From positions 37,030,362 to 37,094,361 of the forward strand of contig JAHRHZ010000023.1 of NCBI GenBank assembly GCA_024137785.1: a DNA stretch of 64,000 bases, read 5' to 3'. Of this stretch, positions 13,806 through 27,659 are shown piece after piece. Each line of letters starts with the position of its first letter. The first letter of the stretch is position 1. The translations under genes were made by a program, and so were the position numbers. Source of the stretch: Ginglymostoma cirratum. Its lineage: Eukaryota. Below the pieces are notes generated by a model. It was not told the DNA's origin. It made no database searches and worked only from the letters and a program-made list of their open reading frames with translations.

Positions 13806-13878
13806 ATGCTGGGTTTGGATGTATGTGAGTTTGGCAGCCAGCTCCTGGAACTTATGTGGTTGACAGTATGCTACAAAG
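13806..13878 (+). CDS. ARHGDIG: Rho GDP-dissociation inhibitor 3 (RhoGDI gamma), coding exon 1
   Basis: accATG start. MLGLDVCEFGSQLLELMWLTVCYK matches the RhoGDI3-specific N-terminal extension (human MLGLDACELGAQLLELLRLALCAR). Donor AG|GTGAG, phase 1. Confidence 0.92.
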
Positions 13879-15789
13879 GTGAGGCAAGAGTTTTTAAATT
13901 ACTGTTCTGTGCTGTTAAAATTTCAAAACCAGAAGCCCATCCTTTGTTTGAAGAGCTATACCGTGGATTTCCTGTAAGAGCAAAGCCTGCACTCTTCACT
14001 GCTGACTGAGCAGATTCTCCTCAATATCTCTGTTAAAATATTCCAATTCTTTCCACATTTCTGATCAAATCGCTTATTAATTTAGCTCTTGGTGTAAAGT
14101 TGCATTATACCAATGTTACTTAGTGATGTAATGTGCTATAAATGTAAGTGTAAATTAACATTGGTAAACCACACCCATATGCATCTTGCAGAGGAGAAAT
14201 AACTTTCTGTTTCTCAGCAATACATCCAGCATTTGAGATGATACTTCTTAATGTATTGAATAAGAAGATATATATCTAGTGACCAGCTGCAGCCGTGTGA
14301 TGGGCTACCGTGATGGTAGTTTAAGATTTATGCTTAATCCCAATTCCATTTATTTTAGTAAAGCTCGATATTCCCAACTCTTGTGCGTATCTGTGAAAAC
14401 AAAACTACTGAATTTTATGTGGGTCCTTTTTTCTCAGCAGTTTGAACTCTGATCCTTTTGGAACCTTGTTTAAGCTATCAGATTCACTTAATACAAAAAA
14501 GATATGTTTTGAAACTAATGGTAGTCTTGAACACCGAAAATTCTTATATCATGGCTTTCTCCAACTGGACCTTGCTAATTGGTGATTGCACTCATATTAC
14601 CTGGGGCATGTGAAGTCTCTGGAAAATAAAATTCCACCATGATGCAGTTGTGATGAAGTAGTTTAACAATGAGAAGTATTTCTTGAACTGAAACTTAAAT
14701 GAAAATAGTGTGTTTTTTTTCATTAGTAATGTAGATTTATACTTAAAAGGTGTTGATGTTTGTTGTAAGCTACCAAAGGAAATGATGCAGCGAGACCTTC
14801 TGGGCACAACATTAGAGCTGCATGGCCCTCCAAAAGTGTCTATTCTGATTAACATATGGTGCAGTTTGAGGCAGGGCTATCACGTGTAGTTACAGGCATT
14901 CAGTGCATGACAATGGTTGTGCTTCAATTTCATGGGTTGGGGTATTGAGGGTTAAATCACAGGAACACAGAATTGTTACAGTGCAAAAGAAGATTATTCA
15001 GCCCATCATTTAGAGGATTCAATAGGAAAATTAATCTGCACGTTAACTCCCTAGTTATTATTATTCCTGGGATGTGAATCCTGCAACATTTCATTTTCTA
15101 ACTGTTCAGTGTCTAGAATGCAGTTGCCCTAAAAGTGATACCACATTTTCTGCTGTTGTTTCTGAGGCACTATTCACTTTGACTGTTTCAAATCAGAATC
15201 TGCGGTTAAGATTTAAACATGGTAACACTCTGTTTATCCTGGATGGCTGAAATCTCAGTAATACGCCTGGTAAAAGATATCTCTGCTCATATATGCTTAC
15301 CCGCATGGGTAAAGCTTCTCCCAATGTTTGTACTATCTGAATGTTTCGGCTACTTACAGGTGGATTTAAAATGCCTATCAGAGATCTACATGGGCCCTTG
15401 GTCAGCTGGCTGCAGAATGACAGTGTTGAACTAATGACCCATGTGGGTTCTGAAACCTGCCCTCTCACATTTTGTTTCACACTTGATTCAGATCTTTATT
15501 GTAACTGCTTTACTCTGCTTCTCAAATTGTAGTTGAAATGAAATCTGTTTTAAACTCTGGGGGAGCATTACACTTTTCAGTGTTTTATCATCCCAGTGTT
15601 TTGACAACAACAACTTCTTTCCTGGAATATACGATGCTTTTACAAAAAACAGATAATTGGAAATGCCATCACTGGGATTTTCTCCTGCAGAGACACAGAG
15701 AAGGAAGGGAACACTCAAAAAGCAATTCAATGACCCTCCTTATAACTCCTAGAATTTTAGAATTTTGCAGCGCATAATTCGATTTGACA

Positions 15790-15935
15790 GAAGAAAATGT
15801 TTGCATTTGTGTAGTACCTTTCAAAACCACCAGATGTCCCAAAGGACTTCACAGCCATGAATTAATCTTTTGTGCGGTGTAATGAGTATAATATGGGAAA
15901 AACCACAGTCAAATGGCATACAGCAAGGTCCCCAT
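15790..15935 (-). mobile_element. Deu-type (SacSINE1/AmnSINE1-like) SINE 3' fragment
   Basis: Reverse complement resembles the tail at 60815-60905 (gggatg..ctgaggttgtgaaaggcactatgtaaatgc). Confidence 0.5.
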
Positions 15936-16169
15936 CATGGACAGAATTTATATGTTCCCTTCACTAGCTACGATTAGTATGTTTGTACGTAAGAAGTGTT
16001 TTCTTAACATCAGAGTGTGGATCCCAATTTAAATTATTATAATTTTAACAATTGTAATTATCTCCATCCCTTTTGTGACAGACCTATAGTTTCTTGAATG
16101 GTCTTGAAGCTTTGAGGATGAAGTGAGGGCCTTGTAAAGCAAAAGATTCCCATCAGACTCTCAGACTTT

Positions 16170-17280
16170 TTACAATCAGGTGAGACTGAGGAGAGTAAAT
16201 AAAAACACTTGATCCAGTTGAACCAATCTCTCCTCAAAGAACAGTCCTGCCAACCTTTGTATTAACCCCGTGAATCTCTGCTGTGCCCTCTCAATGACAA
16301 GTACATCCTTTCTTAGGAAGACTGAAAATTCCATGAAATTTTCTAGGTGTGGTCTCACCAAGATCCTACATAATTACAGTGAGACATCTCTACTTCTGAA
16401 CTCAAAACCTCTTGCAATGAAGGCTGATGTATCATTTGCCTTCGTAATTGTTCGCTGCACATACCGGTCCATTTTCATTGCCCAGTGTGCAAGAACATTC
16501 AGATCCCTTAGTATATCTACACTTCCCAACATATCACCATTTAAATAACACTCTTGAATAAAATACAACCTTCTGATTTTCCCACTGAAGCGTATAACTT
16601 CACAATTACTCACATTGTACTGCCTCTGCCACGTGTATGCCCATTCACTTAACTCGTCTAAATCATCTTGAAGGAATTTGCATCCTCCTTACACCCCGCA
16701 ACACCACCCCCCACCATCCTAAGCCTTGTGTCTTCAGCAAACTTGGAAATGTTGCGTTTTGTTTCCCTATCCAGGTCATTTAAAAATCATGAACATTCAA
16801 GCACTGATCCTTGCAGGATCGCACTAGCCATTGGCTGCCATTCAGAAAATATCCATTTATTCACAATCTCTGTTTTCTGCTTGTTAACCAATTCTCGATC
16901 CATCCCAATATATTTCTCACAATCCCATGAGCTTTAATTTGCCCACTAATCTCTTATGCAGGACTTATTAAAAGGATTTCTGAAAATCCAAATGCACCAC
17001 ATCCACTACTTCTTGCTTATCTATTCTACTAGTTACATCCCCAAAAAACTCCAATAGATTTATGAAGCATGATTTCTCTTTCATAAACCCACACTGACAT
17101 TTTCCAATCCCTTTAATCTTTTGCAAATTTTCTGTTAATACATCTTTCATAACAGACTGTAGCATTTTCTACTACTGATGTTAGACTAACTGACCTGTGT
17201 GTTTTCTCCCTTCACTTTAAATAGTGGGTTTACGTTTGCCGTCCTCCAATCTGTAAGGACTGCTCCAGAGTCTGTAGAAC
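16170..17280 (-). mobile_element. CR1 LINE ORF2 (RT) remnant
   Basis: Minus-strand fragments QCGFMKEKSCFINLLEFF..VTSRIDKQEVVDVVHLDFQKSF, CEVIRF, RDLNVL, VRPHLE, LRKDVLVIERAQQRFTGLI. Confidence 0.9.
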
Positions 17281-17592
17281 AATTGTCCTTTGCTCCACTG
17301 CCTTTAGTATGGGTGATGCCGTAGGGTAGCATTGACTGGTTCCCCATTGTCTATTCCCGTCCCCTCAGCTATCCTGAAATTGCCAGATGCTTAAACCTGT
17401 ACTCCTTTAAATATTCCATCTCCCCCCTAACAAGTTTAATTGGCCTCAGTGTGGAGGAGGATATGGACTCCACCCCTCCCTACCCTGCCCTGGCACATGA
17501 AAATTGACGCACTGTCTGATGTTGTCATTTTCAGATTCCGCCCCCCACAACCCCCATGCCCTCATCAATATCCATCTTTCAGGGAAGGGAGC

Positions 17593-17746
17593 ACAAAGAA
17601 ATTTCTGTAGAAGGGTCTAGGCCTGAAACATCAGCCTTCCTGCTCCTCTGATGCTGCTTGGCCTGCTGTGTTCATCCAGCTCTGCATCTTGTTATCTCAG
17701 ATTCTCCAGCATCTGCAGTTCCTACTACCTCTGAAACAAAGAAATT
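17593..17746 (+). mobile_element. Single-arm Penelope family A insertion with 11-bp TSD and mutated hammerhead
   Basis: Near-identical to 36661-36796. ACAAAGAAATT at 17593-17603 and 17736-17746. Core is mutated to CTGTAGA...GAAACATC. Confidence 0.85.
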
Positions 17747-19849
17747 CAACCCTGGTTTACTAACATGATGTAATAGCAAATTCTGACTCCCATGGGTGAT
17801 AGTTGAAGTATCTGGTCTGTCAAGGGAATGAAAGCACATCTGGTTTTCTCTTTTGTGAAATATAAATTAACAGGCAACTGTCTGGGCTTTCTCTATTTTC
17901 AGTGACAGAGATTTCAGAGGAGGCAAAATAACTTTTACAAAAGAGCCATTAGTAACATTTTATTTAAATAAAATAGAAGGATTTGATCATCTATGACCCA
18001 AAATATTGCAAGAAACAAATTTATGATAGGCATAAACTATTCTGTTCCTAACAGTGCATCACTGACTTAAAATGAACTTTTTGTTTACGCTGTATGAGAA
18101 TATTATTGTTTTCTAAGTTAGGCATACTCTATTTAAGATGTATAAATTTACTCAACTAGAAAATGATATTCTCCAAATCAAAAAGACCATTAGCAATAGT
18201 GTTGATTGCGTTGCAATGCATCGCTGAAACCTTGCAATGGATATAATGGTGTTATAGGAATGTTAAGTTGTCAATGATGTGAAGCTGAAAGTAACACTTA
18301 AAAACCTGAAGCATTTACTTAATGTAAGAGGAGTACATAGAGACAGACTTCTAGTGTTTTATTTAAATTGCTGTTATATTTCTGTCCATTAATAAGATAT
18401 ATAACTTTCACACCATTGATTAACATTAGTTTTCTCCAACGTCTTTCCTGGGAGGTTGATCCCATTTCTCCAATATTATTAATGTCAAATGTGATATCAA
18501 TGGGGTGTAGCACAAAACAAGAAATAGTCCATTTTACACTTTGTAAATCAGGGCAGCAAAGGGCTATTTCTCATGTTTTGCTTCCCCAACGTGTATTTTA
18601 TCTGCAATCATTTGTATTTAATTGCATTCTTCAGTCTTCAAAGTTTGCATCTTTGAATGTTGGGTCTTAGTGAGTAATACAATGAACCAGATTGTACCTG
18701 AATCACCTTGACATTTTGCATCGATTCATCTAATGCTCTGTTGAACAAGTTTCTGCCCACATACCTGGCCACACCTCAACAGTCATAAGCAAGTATCCTC
18801 AAATTAGGCTTATTTGGAAGGTCTCTTATGTGACCAGAGTTTCAGGCACAGAGGGAAGACAGCTTTTTAATGGTGTTTTACTGCAAAAGAATTTGGTTTT
18901 TTTTCTTTATCCTGAATGGTATCTTTTTTGTTTCATTTAAAGCATATTAATGGCCTTAGCATGGTGCATGTTAAAAAGTGAAAAGCCTCCCTGATGACCA
19001 GGTCCTAAGTGTGCTGTGCCTAATGTACATACAGAGGTAGTGGTATCTTTCTAGTCTTTGATTGTTACTGTTAAGACATAAAACCGTAAGATATAGGAGC
19101 AGAAGTAGTCCATTCAGCCCATCAAGTATACTCTACCATTCAATGAGATCGTGGTTGAGCTGACAATCCTTACTTTCATGCCATTTCTACACAATCCTTG
19201 ATTCCTTTGGTGATTAAACAGCAACTTTAAATGCAGGTGTATTTTAATAAGGCTGGGATGAAACTTAGCCATAACCTCATAACAAGCATAACGTGGGTTC
19301 ATTTTATAATTTAACCCTGGGTTGCATCCACAGAGGAAGGTCCTGTCCTTTTCGCTATTCACGTCACACACAAATGTATTTTTCTGCGACTTGGCACCAG
19401 ATTGTATTTGCAAACAAAATAATTTGTCAAATATCCCCAGGAACATGAATACAAATACTTCTACATGATTTGTCACTTTAATGTATTATGATGCTTGGCC
19501 TACTTTTTGTATTTCCTGCTTTTAATGTCTCGCTGAGCCATCAAGACGTTTGTGCTAATGTAGGCCACAGGATCAATTGTAGGACCTCCATTCAGAAATC
19601 AAACCTCTATTAGCATAAACTGCACCCAGAGTCTGATTTAATGAAACTGAATCAACACAATTGCAGCAAATTACTACTGATAGTCCGACTTGGAAACAGT
19701 AAGTAATTACAATGTTGAGTGAGCAGCCAACCAAACATGGAAAGTGCAGGCTATTTTTTTTGGAGAAAAAGTGATGTAAGAAATTAATTTAAATAAAAAA
19801 CACATGCTAACAGAGCATATTTCATGACCTCAGGATTTAATGCTTTGCA

Positions 19850-20140
19850 GACAATGAAGTATCTCTGAAGGATAGTCACCTTGGATTGTAGCAAACATGA
19901 TGCCTAATGTCCACAAACTATAGTGAATAAATGGCCATATCATGGGCTGTTGGCATTGGTTGAGAGATAATTGTTGACCAGAAAGCGTGGCAAAGTTTAT
20001 GGTCTTCTTCCATTCATGCTGAAGCATCTCTTGGGTGTACCTGTGAAAGGACACAGAACCTTATAACCTTTCATAACCTTTGACAATCCTCTATTCTTGC
20101 ATCACTGCACCGAAGTGATAGCCTGAATTATGGGCTTGTA
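19850..20140 (-). mobile_element. Old Deu-type SINE remnant
   Basis: Diverged reverse-complement similarity to 35960-36950. Confidence 0.4.
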
Positions 20141-21559
20141 GCCAAAATGTTACAGAGCCCTGCCCATGAGTTTGAAGGCTCGGGAGCTTGTTAAATGCAA
20201 TGTCTGGCCCTTATGTCATTTGTTTGCCCTAAACAGTCTCCTGTATAGCTGTGATTATGTTGGGCAGCAAATCTGCCCTTGTATGCATTGAAGCCCTTAA
20301 GTGCCCAATTAATTATCATTTAACTATCTGATCTTACCCTCTGTCTCTATATGACCCATGTCAGGGGGAGGACCACTTTTGGTGGGTAGCCTGGCAGCTT
20401 TCACTGTGCAGGCTGGTGTTGGGCAGGAGAGTGAACCAGCTTTAGTGATCCTCTGCTCATCAGAGACATATCCTACAAGGTCAAACCTCCCTTTTCATCC
20501 TCGTCCGATCTCTTGAATCTGGTGTCCCTCTTCCTTCACCCCACCTCACTGGGGCCTGGCACCCCAGGCCTTGCCAATATGGCAGACCTACCTAAGCATC
20601 CAGCATCCATAACTTGCTCTTCCTGTTGTCCCAGCATAGGCCACTGCTTGTAACTCTCATATTGGGACTACAGAGCTGGGACAATGCTCTCCTCATAAAG
20701 TGGTGGGGGCGGGGGGGATGTGATGGGGCGGATGGTGGTGTGGAGAGGAGAGTGTTGAGGCAATGAGTGCCTCACGAAGTGTTAAATGGCTGAGGGGCAG
20801 CCATGTTCAGTGGGGATGTGTTCCCCATCAACTCTTCAGAGGGGTATGAAACTGAGCTATTGGAAAAATCGTGCCCATGTCCAGAATGAAGTCTGAATAC
20901 AGCAGTATTTTGCCTCAGAAGCCAGAGTGATGTCAGACAGCCAAAATGACCATCTGAAGGGCACTTCCAACACTGGCAAGCAGATTGGATTGTGCGATGG
21001 TGGGAACCCTGTTATGCTTCAATGTCCAACCGCATTCCCACATACTGAGATTACCAACTGAATATGGGGCAGACTGTAAAGTGACCCTAGGCCTGTGCTT
21101 CAACCTTCCTGTGTCATGATCAGGAATCATCCTGGTGGTCCCTTGCCTTTGAGATAATCTGCATTACTTGGGTGCAGTGAAGTTGTAGATAGATGTCATA
21201 AGTCACTAATGATGACTGCAAAATCCAGTCTGCAACAGAGAATAACCTAGAGAAGCCAATCAGTAGTCAAACGAAGGTTTCATAAATTGACATTTCTTGG
21301 CATCAAAATATTACATAATATCGGAGACATGATTAGTTAATTTTACAGAATTATTTGCTCCTATGTGTCTTTTATGTGTGATTGCTGATGAAATGCAGTT
21401 TCAGAACTCTGATGAAGTCAATTGAAGTCATCCTGTTGCACTTGGTTTGATGGCTTAGCAATGGCTGCCTCTCTGGAAAGGCAAAATCTGATACAAGTGC
21501 TACACATCAGGTTGTCCCTTACCACTAAGCAAGGCTGGCATCTGTTACAATTAATGTTG

Positions 21560-21905
21560 CTATTGACACCAATTCTCAGTTAGATTTTCCTACTTGTTGT
21601 GATTGATATAGAGCGCTTTCATGTCATCTTTTGACAGCATTCTTGAGGCAGATCCTTCAGCACTTGCTCAGTCTCTTGCCATGGTCTACCTCCATGTATA
21701 ACATGATTCTGGGGATATAGCCATCTTCTGTCCTATGCACATTCCCAAGCCAACAAAGCCTTCTTTGTTTGATGAATATTGGCATGCTGTTTGCGCTAGA
21801 AAGGACTGCTCCACTGATGAGTCCAATATGATATCAAAGTTGTGTGGAAGATACTGGAGATGAAAGTCAATGAGCTTTGCTTTTTGGTACTTATAAATTG
21901 TCACT
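21560..21905 (-). mobile_element. RTE-clade LINE C-terminal remnant
   Basis: Minus frame IKQRRLCWLGNVHRTEDGYIPRIMLYMEVDHGKR matches the RTE motif QRRLRWLGHVxRMxDxRIPKxxLYGEL..GKR. Confidence 0.8.
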
Positions 21906-23012
21906 CAGGGATAAAAATATTCACTGTTTGGGTCTATAAAGTGCTAATGTAACAACTTAAACAGCAATATTTCTCTTAGCACTGTTCAACTATCAAATCT
22001 AAACTCTTTAGTATCAAATCAATATGGCAGTCGGCAAAGTTAGTTAATGTTAATAAGCATGAGTTTTATAACATTTGTGCAGTTTTTCTTATTCAAGTAA
22101 TTTCTTGTTGCAGCCAGTGTCACTTGTCCCCTCCTTTCACAGGATTGTATTAAATGCATTCTGAAATGGCAAATTAGTGAAATAGGATCCCATCTAATAG
22201 ACTGCACTTATCCAGAAACACAAACACCACGATCGCAAGGATTCTGTAGTGTGAGAACAACAGTTGGAGCAGAGAATTGGTTCATACAATTAATTTTATA
22301 TTTATAACATACATTACAGTCTTATACTTGCACATAGTTTGCACTTGCATCTAATTATTTTCTACCGTACTTCACCAGTGGTTCTGGCACTCAGTGCAAG
22401 CATTAACCATCATGCCAAGGTCATAAATACATGATTGGATCCTGACATTTAGGTGCTAATGATAGACACCCTCTTGCGACACCACCGCCAATGCTGTCTA
22501 AAACCTAGCTGTTAAACCAGTAGCAGACAGTAGTGGGGGAATGATTGAGGCTGTAGGTTATTTAGCACTATTTGAAATTCTACCTCCGCACCCCATTTCT
22601 TATCACATGGGTGAGATTAAAACAACTGTCTAATCATTTGAGATATCAAACCTTTGCGCAAAAGATCTGCTTTGCCATTTTGCAGAGTTAAAGTAGAATT
22701 AATTTGCCTGGTATCACTTTTTTTGTTCCTTTAGTTTGGAGATCTCCACCGATCTGCAATGGTGTACGACCTAGAACTAGAAGTTTCTAGAACTAGATAT
22801 TTCTGACCTAGAAGTGCTTGAGATAGCATAAACCCACATGTTCATGAGGATTAAACTATTCTCAACCTTTCACACACAATTTATGTGTTATTTTAAAGCT
22901 TATGACAGATGATATTGACAGTATGTAATTGGAATTTTCTTTTCAATTAATAAAAACCAACTATTGAACTGAAAGCTGACTAGCAATAAGTCTGTGTACT
23001 ATTTTTTCTCAG

Positions 23013-23189
23013 ATATTATGGCAGACAAGGATCCAGAGCTATATCCTGTAGAAGAGGATGCCTTGGTTGACTCAGGCTACAGAGCACCAGCACAGAAGAC
23101 ACTTAAAGAAATTCAGGAGATGGACAATGATGATGAGAGTTTGAATAAATACAAGCAGGCTCTTCTCGGCTGTGGGCCTCTAGACATAG
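23013..23189 (+). CDS. ARHGDIG: RhoGDI gamma coding exon 2
   Basis: Acceptor ttttttctcag|. Encodes (D)IMADKDPELYPVEEDALVDSGYRAPAQKTLKEIQEMDNDDESLNKYKQALLGCGPLDI, the RhoGDI regulatory arm. Donor AG|GTTAGT, phase 1. Confidence 0.96.
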
Positions 23190-23588
23190 GTTAGTATCTG
23201 GTTGATACTTATCTAGTCAGTTATATGACTGTTAAAGGGATGAAAGTTTGATTTCCTATCTGTATACAGCCTTGAAGTAATAGTTTGAATTCTTTCCAGA
23301 TCCTTAATTCATTTCTTGAAATGCTAAATGCACTGTTATGCAAATTGAATGTTAGACTAGTTGCCTCCCAATTAGCAAAAGTAATGTGAGGCCTGCGTTA
23401 AAAGATACAAACGGGCACATTAACCTGTGGAAACATGAAGTAAACTGTATCAACTAATTAAAATAATACATCCACTCAGAGAAAAATATAACTAGAAACC
23501 TGGATTTGATTGCAGAAATTGCTGGAAATATAAGATTTGAAAAGAGAAAAGATTGCTCCTGTGGTGTTCAATGGTTTGATTAAGCACT

Positions 23589-23912
23589 GAGGAGGCAATA
23601 GCCTAGTGACATTATCAGTGGACTGTTGATCCAGAGACCCAAATAATGTTCTAAGGACTCTGGTTTGAATCTCGCTGTGGCAGATAGTGGAATTTGAGTT
23701 AAACAAAAACAAAATCTGGAATTAAGAGTTAAGACCGTGAATCCATTGTTGGTTGTTGGGAAAAACCCATCAGGTTCAGTAATGCCCTTTAGGGAAGAAA
23801 ACTACATCCTTACCTGGTCTGGCCTACATGTGACTCCAGATCTACAGCAATGTGTTTGACTCTCGGGGATGGGCAATAAGTGATGCCATCATCCCCTGAA
23901 TGAATAAAAAAC
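23589..23912 (+). mobile_element. tRNA-derived SINE, near full length
   Basis: Colinear with 63297-63648; ends gaatgaataaaaa. Confidence 0.85.
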
Positions 23913-26900
23913 AAATTAATCTGTGTTTGAGTATTGTTATGGCCCCAGTTGGTGTTTGTAATTGTTAATTGTCTCTCTGAGCTACATACCTGTACTTGAT
24001 TTGATTAAACCCTTGGGTGAAACAAGACAGCTAATTATGCAGAGACACTTCCATAGAAAGTTCTGAGATCTGGATGAGACCATGTGTATAGGAAATCCTA
24101 TAAGTTCTGAGATGTTAAAATATTCTAAATAAATCTGTTCTGATTCAAACCTGGAATCTTCACTGCATTATGCTGAGAGAAATCAGACACCTAAGGTGTA
24201 AAGCAATCTGGTGAATAGGTAACAGCTCCATATTTTTGCTGGATTTGTTTCATTTGGAATTATCAAAAGTAGCTGAATGTAAGGGATTCTTCCTGTCAAT
24301 CTACTGACCTTCTCTCCGTGCACAGTCTCTCCCAAACCTCTGGTTTAATCTTCAGTTGAAAATTTGTTGGTTTGTTGCTTTTTCTTTTTACTGCAAAAGG
24401 AAAATCCGTGGCTAGTGAATTGGGATGGGCAGGGCTGGTGAAGAGCTGTCAAGACCAGTTTTAAGATTTTGAGTGGAATGGTTGAGGAAGGGGTAAGAGA
24501 GCAGGGAGAGAGGTATAAGGAGCTATGATTCATGGTGATGAAAAAGAAACCAGAAGCAATATACAGTCTTCCATTTCAGTTCTTCCCACCTCCTCAGTTG
24601 TTATAACCGAGTTGCAGGAAGCACCGGGTAGAATTGACATGGGGCTTTGTTAAACAGGCTCCGTGACTTTGGTGGAAGGTTCGTGAAAATCCTAAAGATG
24701 CCCCCAAAGGTTTCAGTTGGCAGTTTGGAGAACAGTGGGAAAAATTCATCCCATGAAGCGATGTTAATTACTGTTAAATACAAAAAACCTTTCTTGACAC
24801 TTGTCCAGGTTCTGAAGGTGTCTGTTTCAGGTGTCGCACTCATGATAACTGCAGTTGTATCAACACAATGGCCCTCCTCTCACCCGGCTTAAATGGGCTG
24901 AGGCTGTTGTTCCCCCAATTAATTGGCAGCCCCTGCCTCCCCAGCCTCTAGGGCAACATAAAAGTTAGCCTAATGATCAGGTTTTGCATGTCACAATGAG
25001 ACTAGTACAACAATTTGCTGCATCTATGTTTTAACTTGGCTGTTTGTTACAAACATTCCACATGAACATTGATTGGTGAAGGAAATTGAAGTGTGCTTCT
25101 TAAACTGTTCAGAGAACTACATTATGAGTGCGGATAGTTGAGGGGCCCACTGAGAGCTATATAACAATAAATATTAAAATTAATTTTGAAATTCCTTGCC
25201 AAGTATGAAATAACCTCTATCCAGTTTGGAGATCACTATGTGAAACTTTGAGCAAACTTTTCCCAGACCTTGAATGAGGTGGCCTATGGCAAGAAAATGG
25301 TAAGATATAAGATGCCAAGAGAGGCATTTCAAGAGAAAAATCAACAAGTCACATTTTCCAACCAAATCTCGGACATTGAGACTAAATAGTGAGCGGTGAG
25401 AGTGCTATTACGTGAGATTATCACTCATTATTACCCTTAGTACCACCTAAGCTCACATCTTTAATATGCAAGCTCCCATTTATTCCAGCTGCCCACATAG
25501 AAACAAGATGCCAAGGATTCCTGACAATGAATGTCAAAGTGGGTAACTAACTACTCCTGCTCTTGCTCCTCTGGACCTCCAGCTTGGAGACCTGGCTCCA
25601 ACATTTTAGAGCACAGACGAAAGGCAATGACCTCACACACACCTCCCATCTGTGGGTGCTGGCAACTGACACATGCCTTACAGTATGCTTCTGTCATTCA
25701 TTGTGCATTTCAGAGCACACTGGCACCTCCCATTAAAATACTGTTATAAGTACATTGTACACAGGGACAGGCGCCCCTGTCTTGTGTTGCATTTCATTGT
25801 TTCGCCCCCTCAGCCGCACCTTAAAGGCTCACAGTACTTCTGACATGCCTTCCAGTTTGGCGCAGATACAAAATGGGAAGATGATAGAGCATGGTAGGGA
25901 AAGGAGTCATGTGAGGGTGTCATTGACTGTAGGCAGTAAGCACCCTAGCTTTCATGGGGAAACAGCGCACTGTTATACCTGGTATGTTTCCTTGCTATGC
26001 TTGCGGCTTGGAGTGTGAAATAGGCAGATGAAGACAGAGATAGACTTGTTGGGTGGTGACTTCGGGAAGTGCAAAGCCTGTGGGGTTGAGGGAAAGGCTA
26101 CCAGGTGAGAGATGTTTACACTTGGGGGTTCACAAGGTGGAGACATGGAGCATGAGACTCACTGTTTGAGGAGTGACCGCTGCTACCTTCCATCATGCTC
26201 TTAGTAATAAATAGGCAATGCATATAAAAATTCAACCACACAGGGAGTAGATGGGGAATGTACTTTATTCTGTGAGGGAGGGGACTTTGACTTCAAGCAA
26301 TGTGAGTCCCTTCAAAGGGTAACAGCATTACATAGACACCCTTACACTGAAGCTGAAAGACTCCTGCGAGCTGATTTACCAAAGTAGCAATCTCCAGCCT
26401 TTTGCCCATTGTCTGTGTGTGATGCAGGAGGTGCTCTTGCCCCACCTTGGAGCATTGACTAACACATAGTGTGAAGGATAGGTGGGCTCTGTTCCTTCGG
26501 TGTTGTAATGATGGCTAGACAGAGACTCACAAACACAGCTGATGGTGAAAAGTGAACATATATTTACAAAAGCGGAGACTTATTTACATTGATGTATCTC
26601 TCATGTGTCCTGATAAGGTCTTCTTTCTTTCCTTCCAATGTTCTGTAGAGAAGGCGGAGGGAAGCTGCTGTATGGTGGAGCCCATATACCTTGGAGATTT
26701 GGTGATCTTAGGGGTGTTTTAGTTTAATGTGCTGAGTGTCTGCTGACCCCCTCCTTGACTTGAAGCCCCACAGAACTGAGGGTGGCAGGCAGGGAGAGGT
26801 AGAAGGACCAACCACATTCAGAGTGTCCTGGGAGGAGGCCTTTGGGGGTGGAGGTGGGGATAGTGCTGTGAGTAGTTCCTTCTATGGCTCGGTGCCTACT

Positions 26901-27659
26901 GTCCTGTCTACTTGTGAGGAAGAAACATTCAGAGTGAAGTCCTGGTCCCTTATCTCCCTGTTGCCTTACTGTTAGTGCTGAGCACCAATAGCTCGAGAGA
27001 TGGAATGCAGGTCCATGCACATATCCATCATACTGTCAGTGTTTTGGCCATGGCTGTCGATGCAACGATGGATGCAGCCAGACGGCCCTCATGCCTGAGG
27101 CAGCAGGATCCCAACAGCGTCCGTTTGCCCAGTAGTTCTGACAAAACTGCCCGTTTCTCTTATGGCTGACTATGAAATTGTATGAAGTCCCTGATAAACT
27201 GACACCATGAAGCCATCCCCTACCAATGACTGAGCGGGTGCCTCGTCTCCTACAGTGTTCAGAGTGCTAGTGACCTGGGACTACTCACCCGCCAAATGCA
27301 GAGTTGTGGCAGTGAAATGCTCACCAGCACGTTCACATGACTCTAATCTCGAAAAGATACCCACCTAAGTCTCAGTAGCTGAGCTGGTGAGAGGTGCCAA
27401 AGGAAGCCTTGCCAGTGCTTCCTCTAAAGCTTCCCTGCTCTCTTCCTGAGAAGGAGACAAAGGGATGTCCTACAATGAGCTCTCTTGACCACAACAACCC
27501 CGCTGACAAAAGAGCGAAAGCACCGTGACCAAGGATTAAACATTGAGGCATGTTAACAAGAAATTCACAGTAGAGGGTGGGGGACAATGAGAGAACAATA
27601 CGGCAATGACCAATTCTTCTTTCTTGGTTTCTGAATCATGGAGGTTCCTGCATCTCTAC

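Noticed and set aside
13773-14009. 78-aa ORF as a single-exon gene
   Set aside because: Only 13806-13878 is coding; the rest is 5' flank and read-through into intron 1.
22770-22815. Short repeats of ctagaa
   Set aside because: Tiny degenerate tandem duplication with no further structure.
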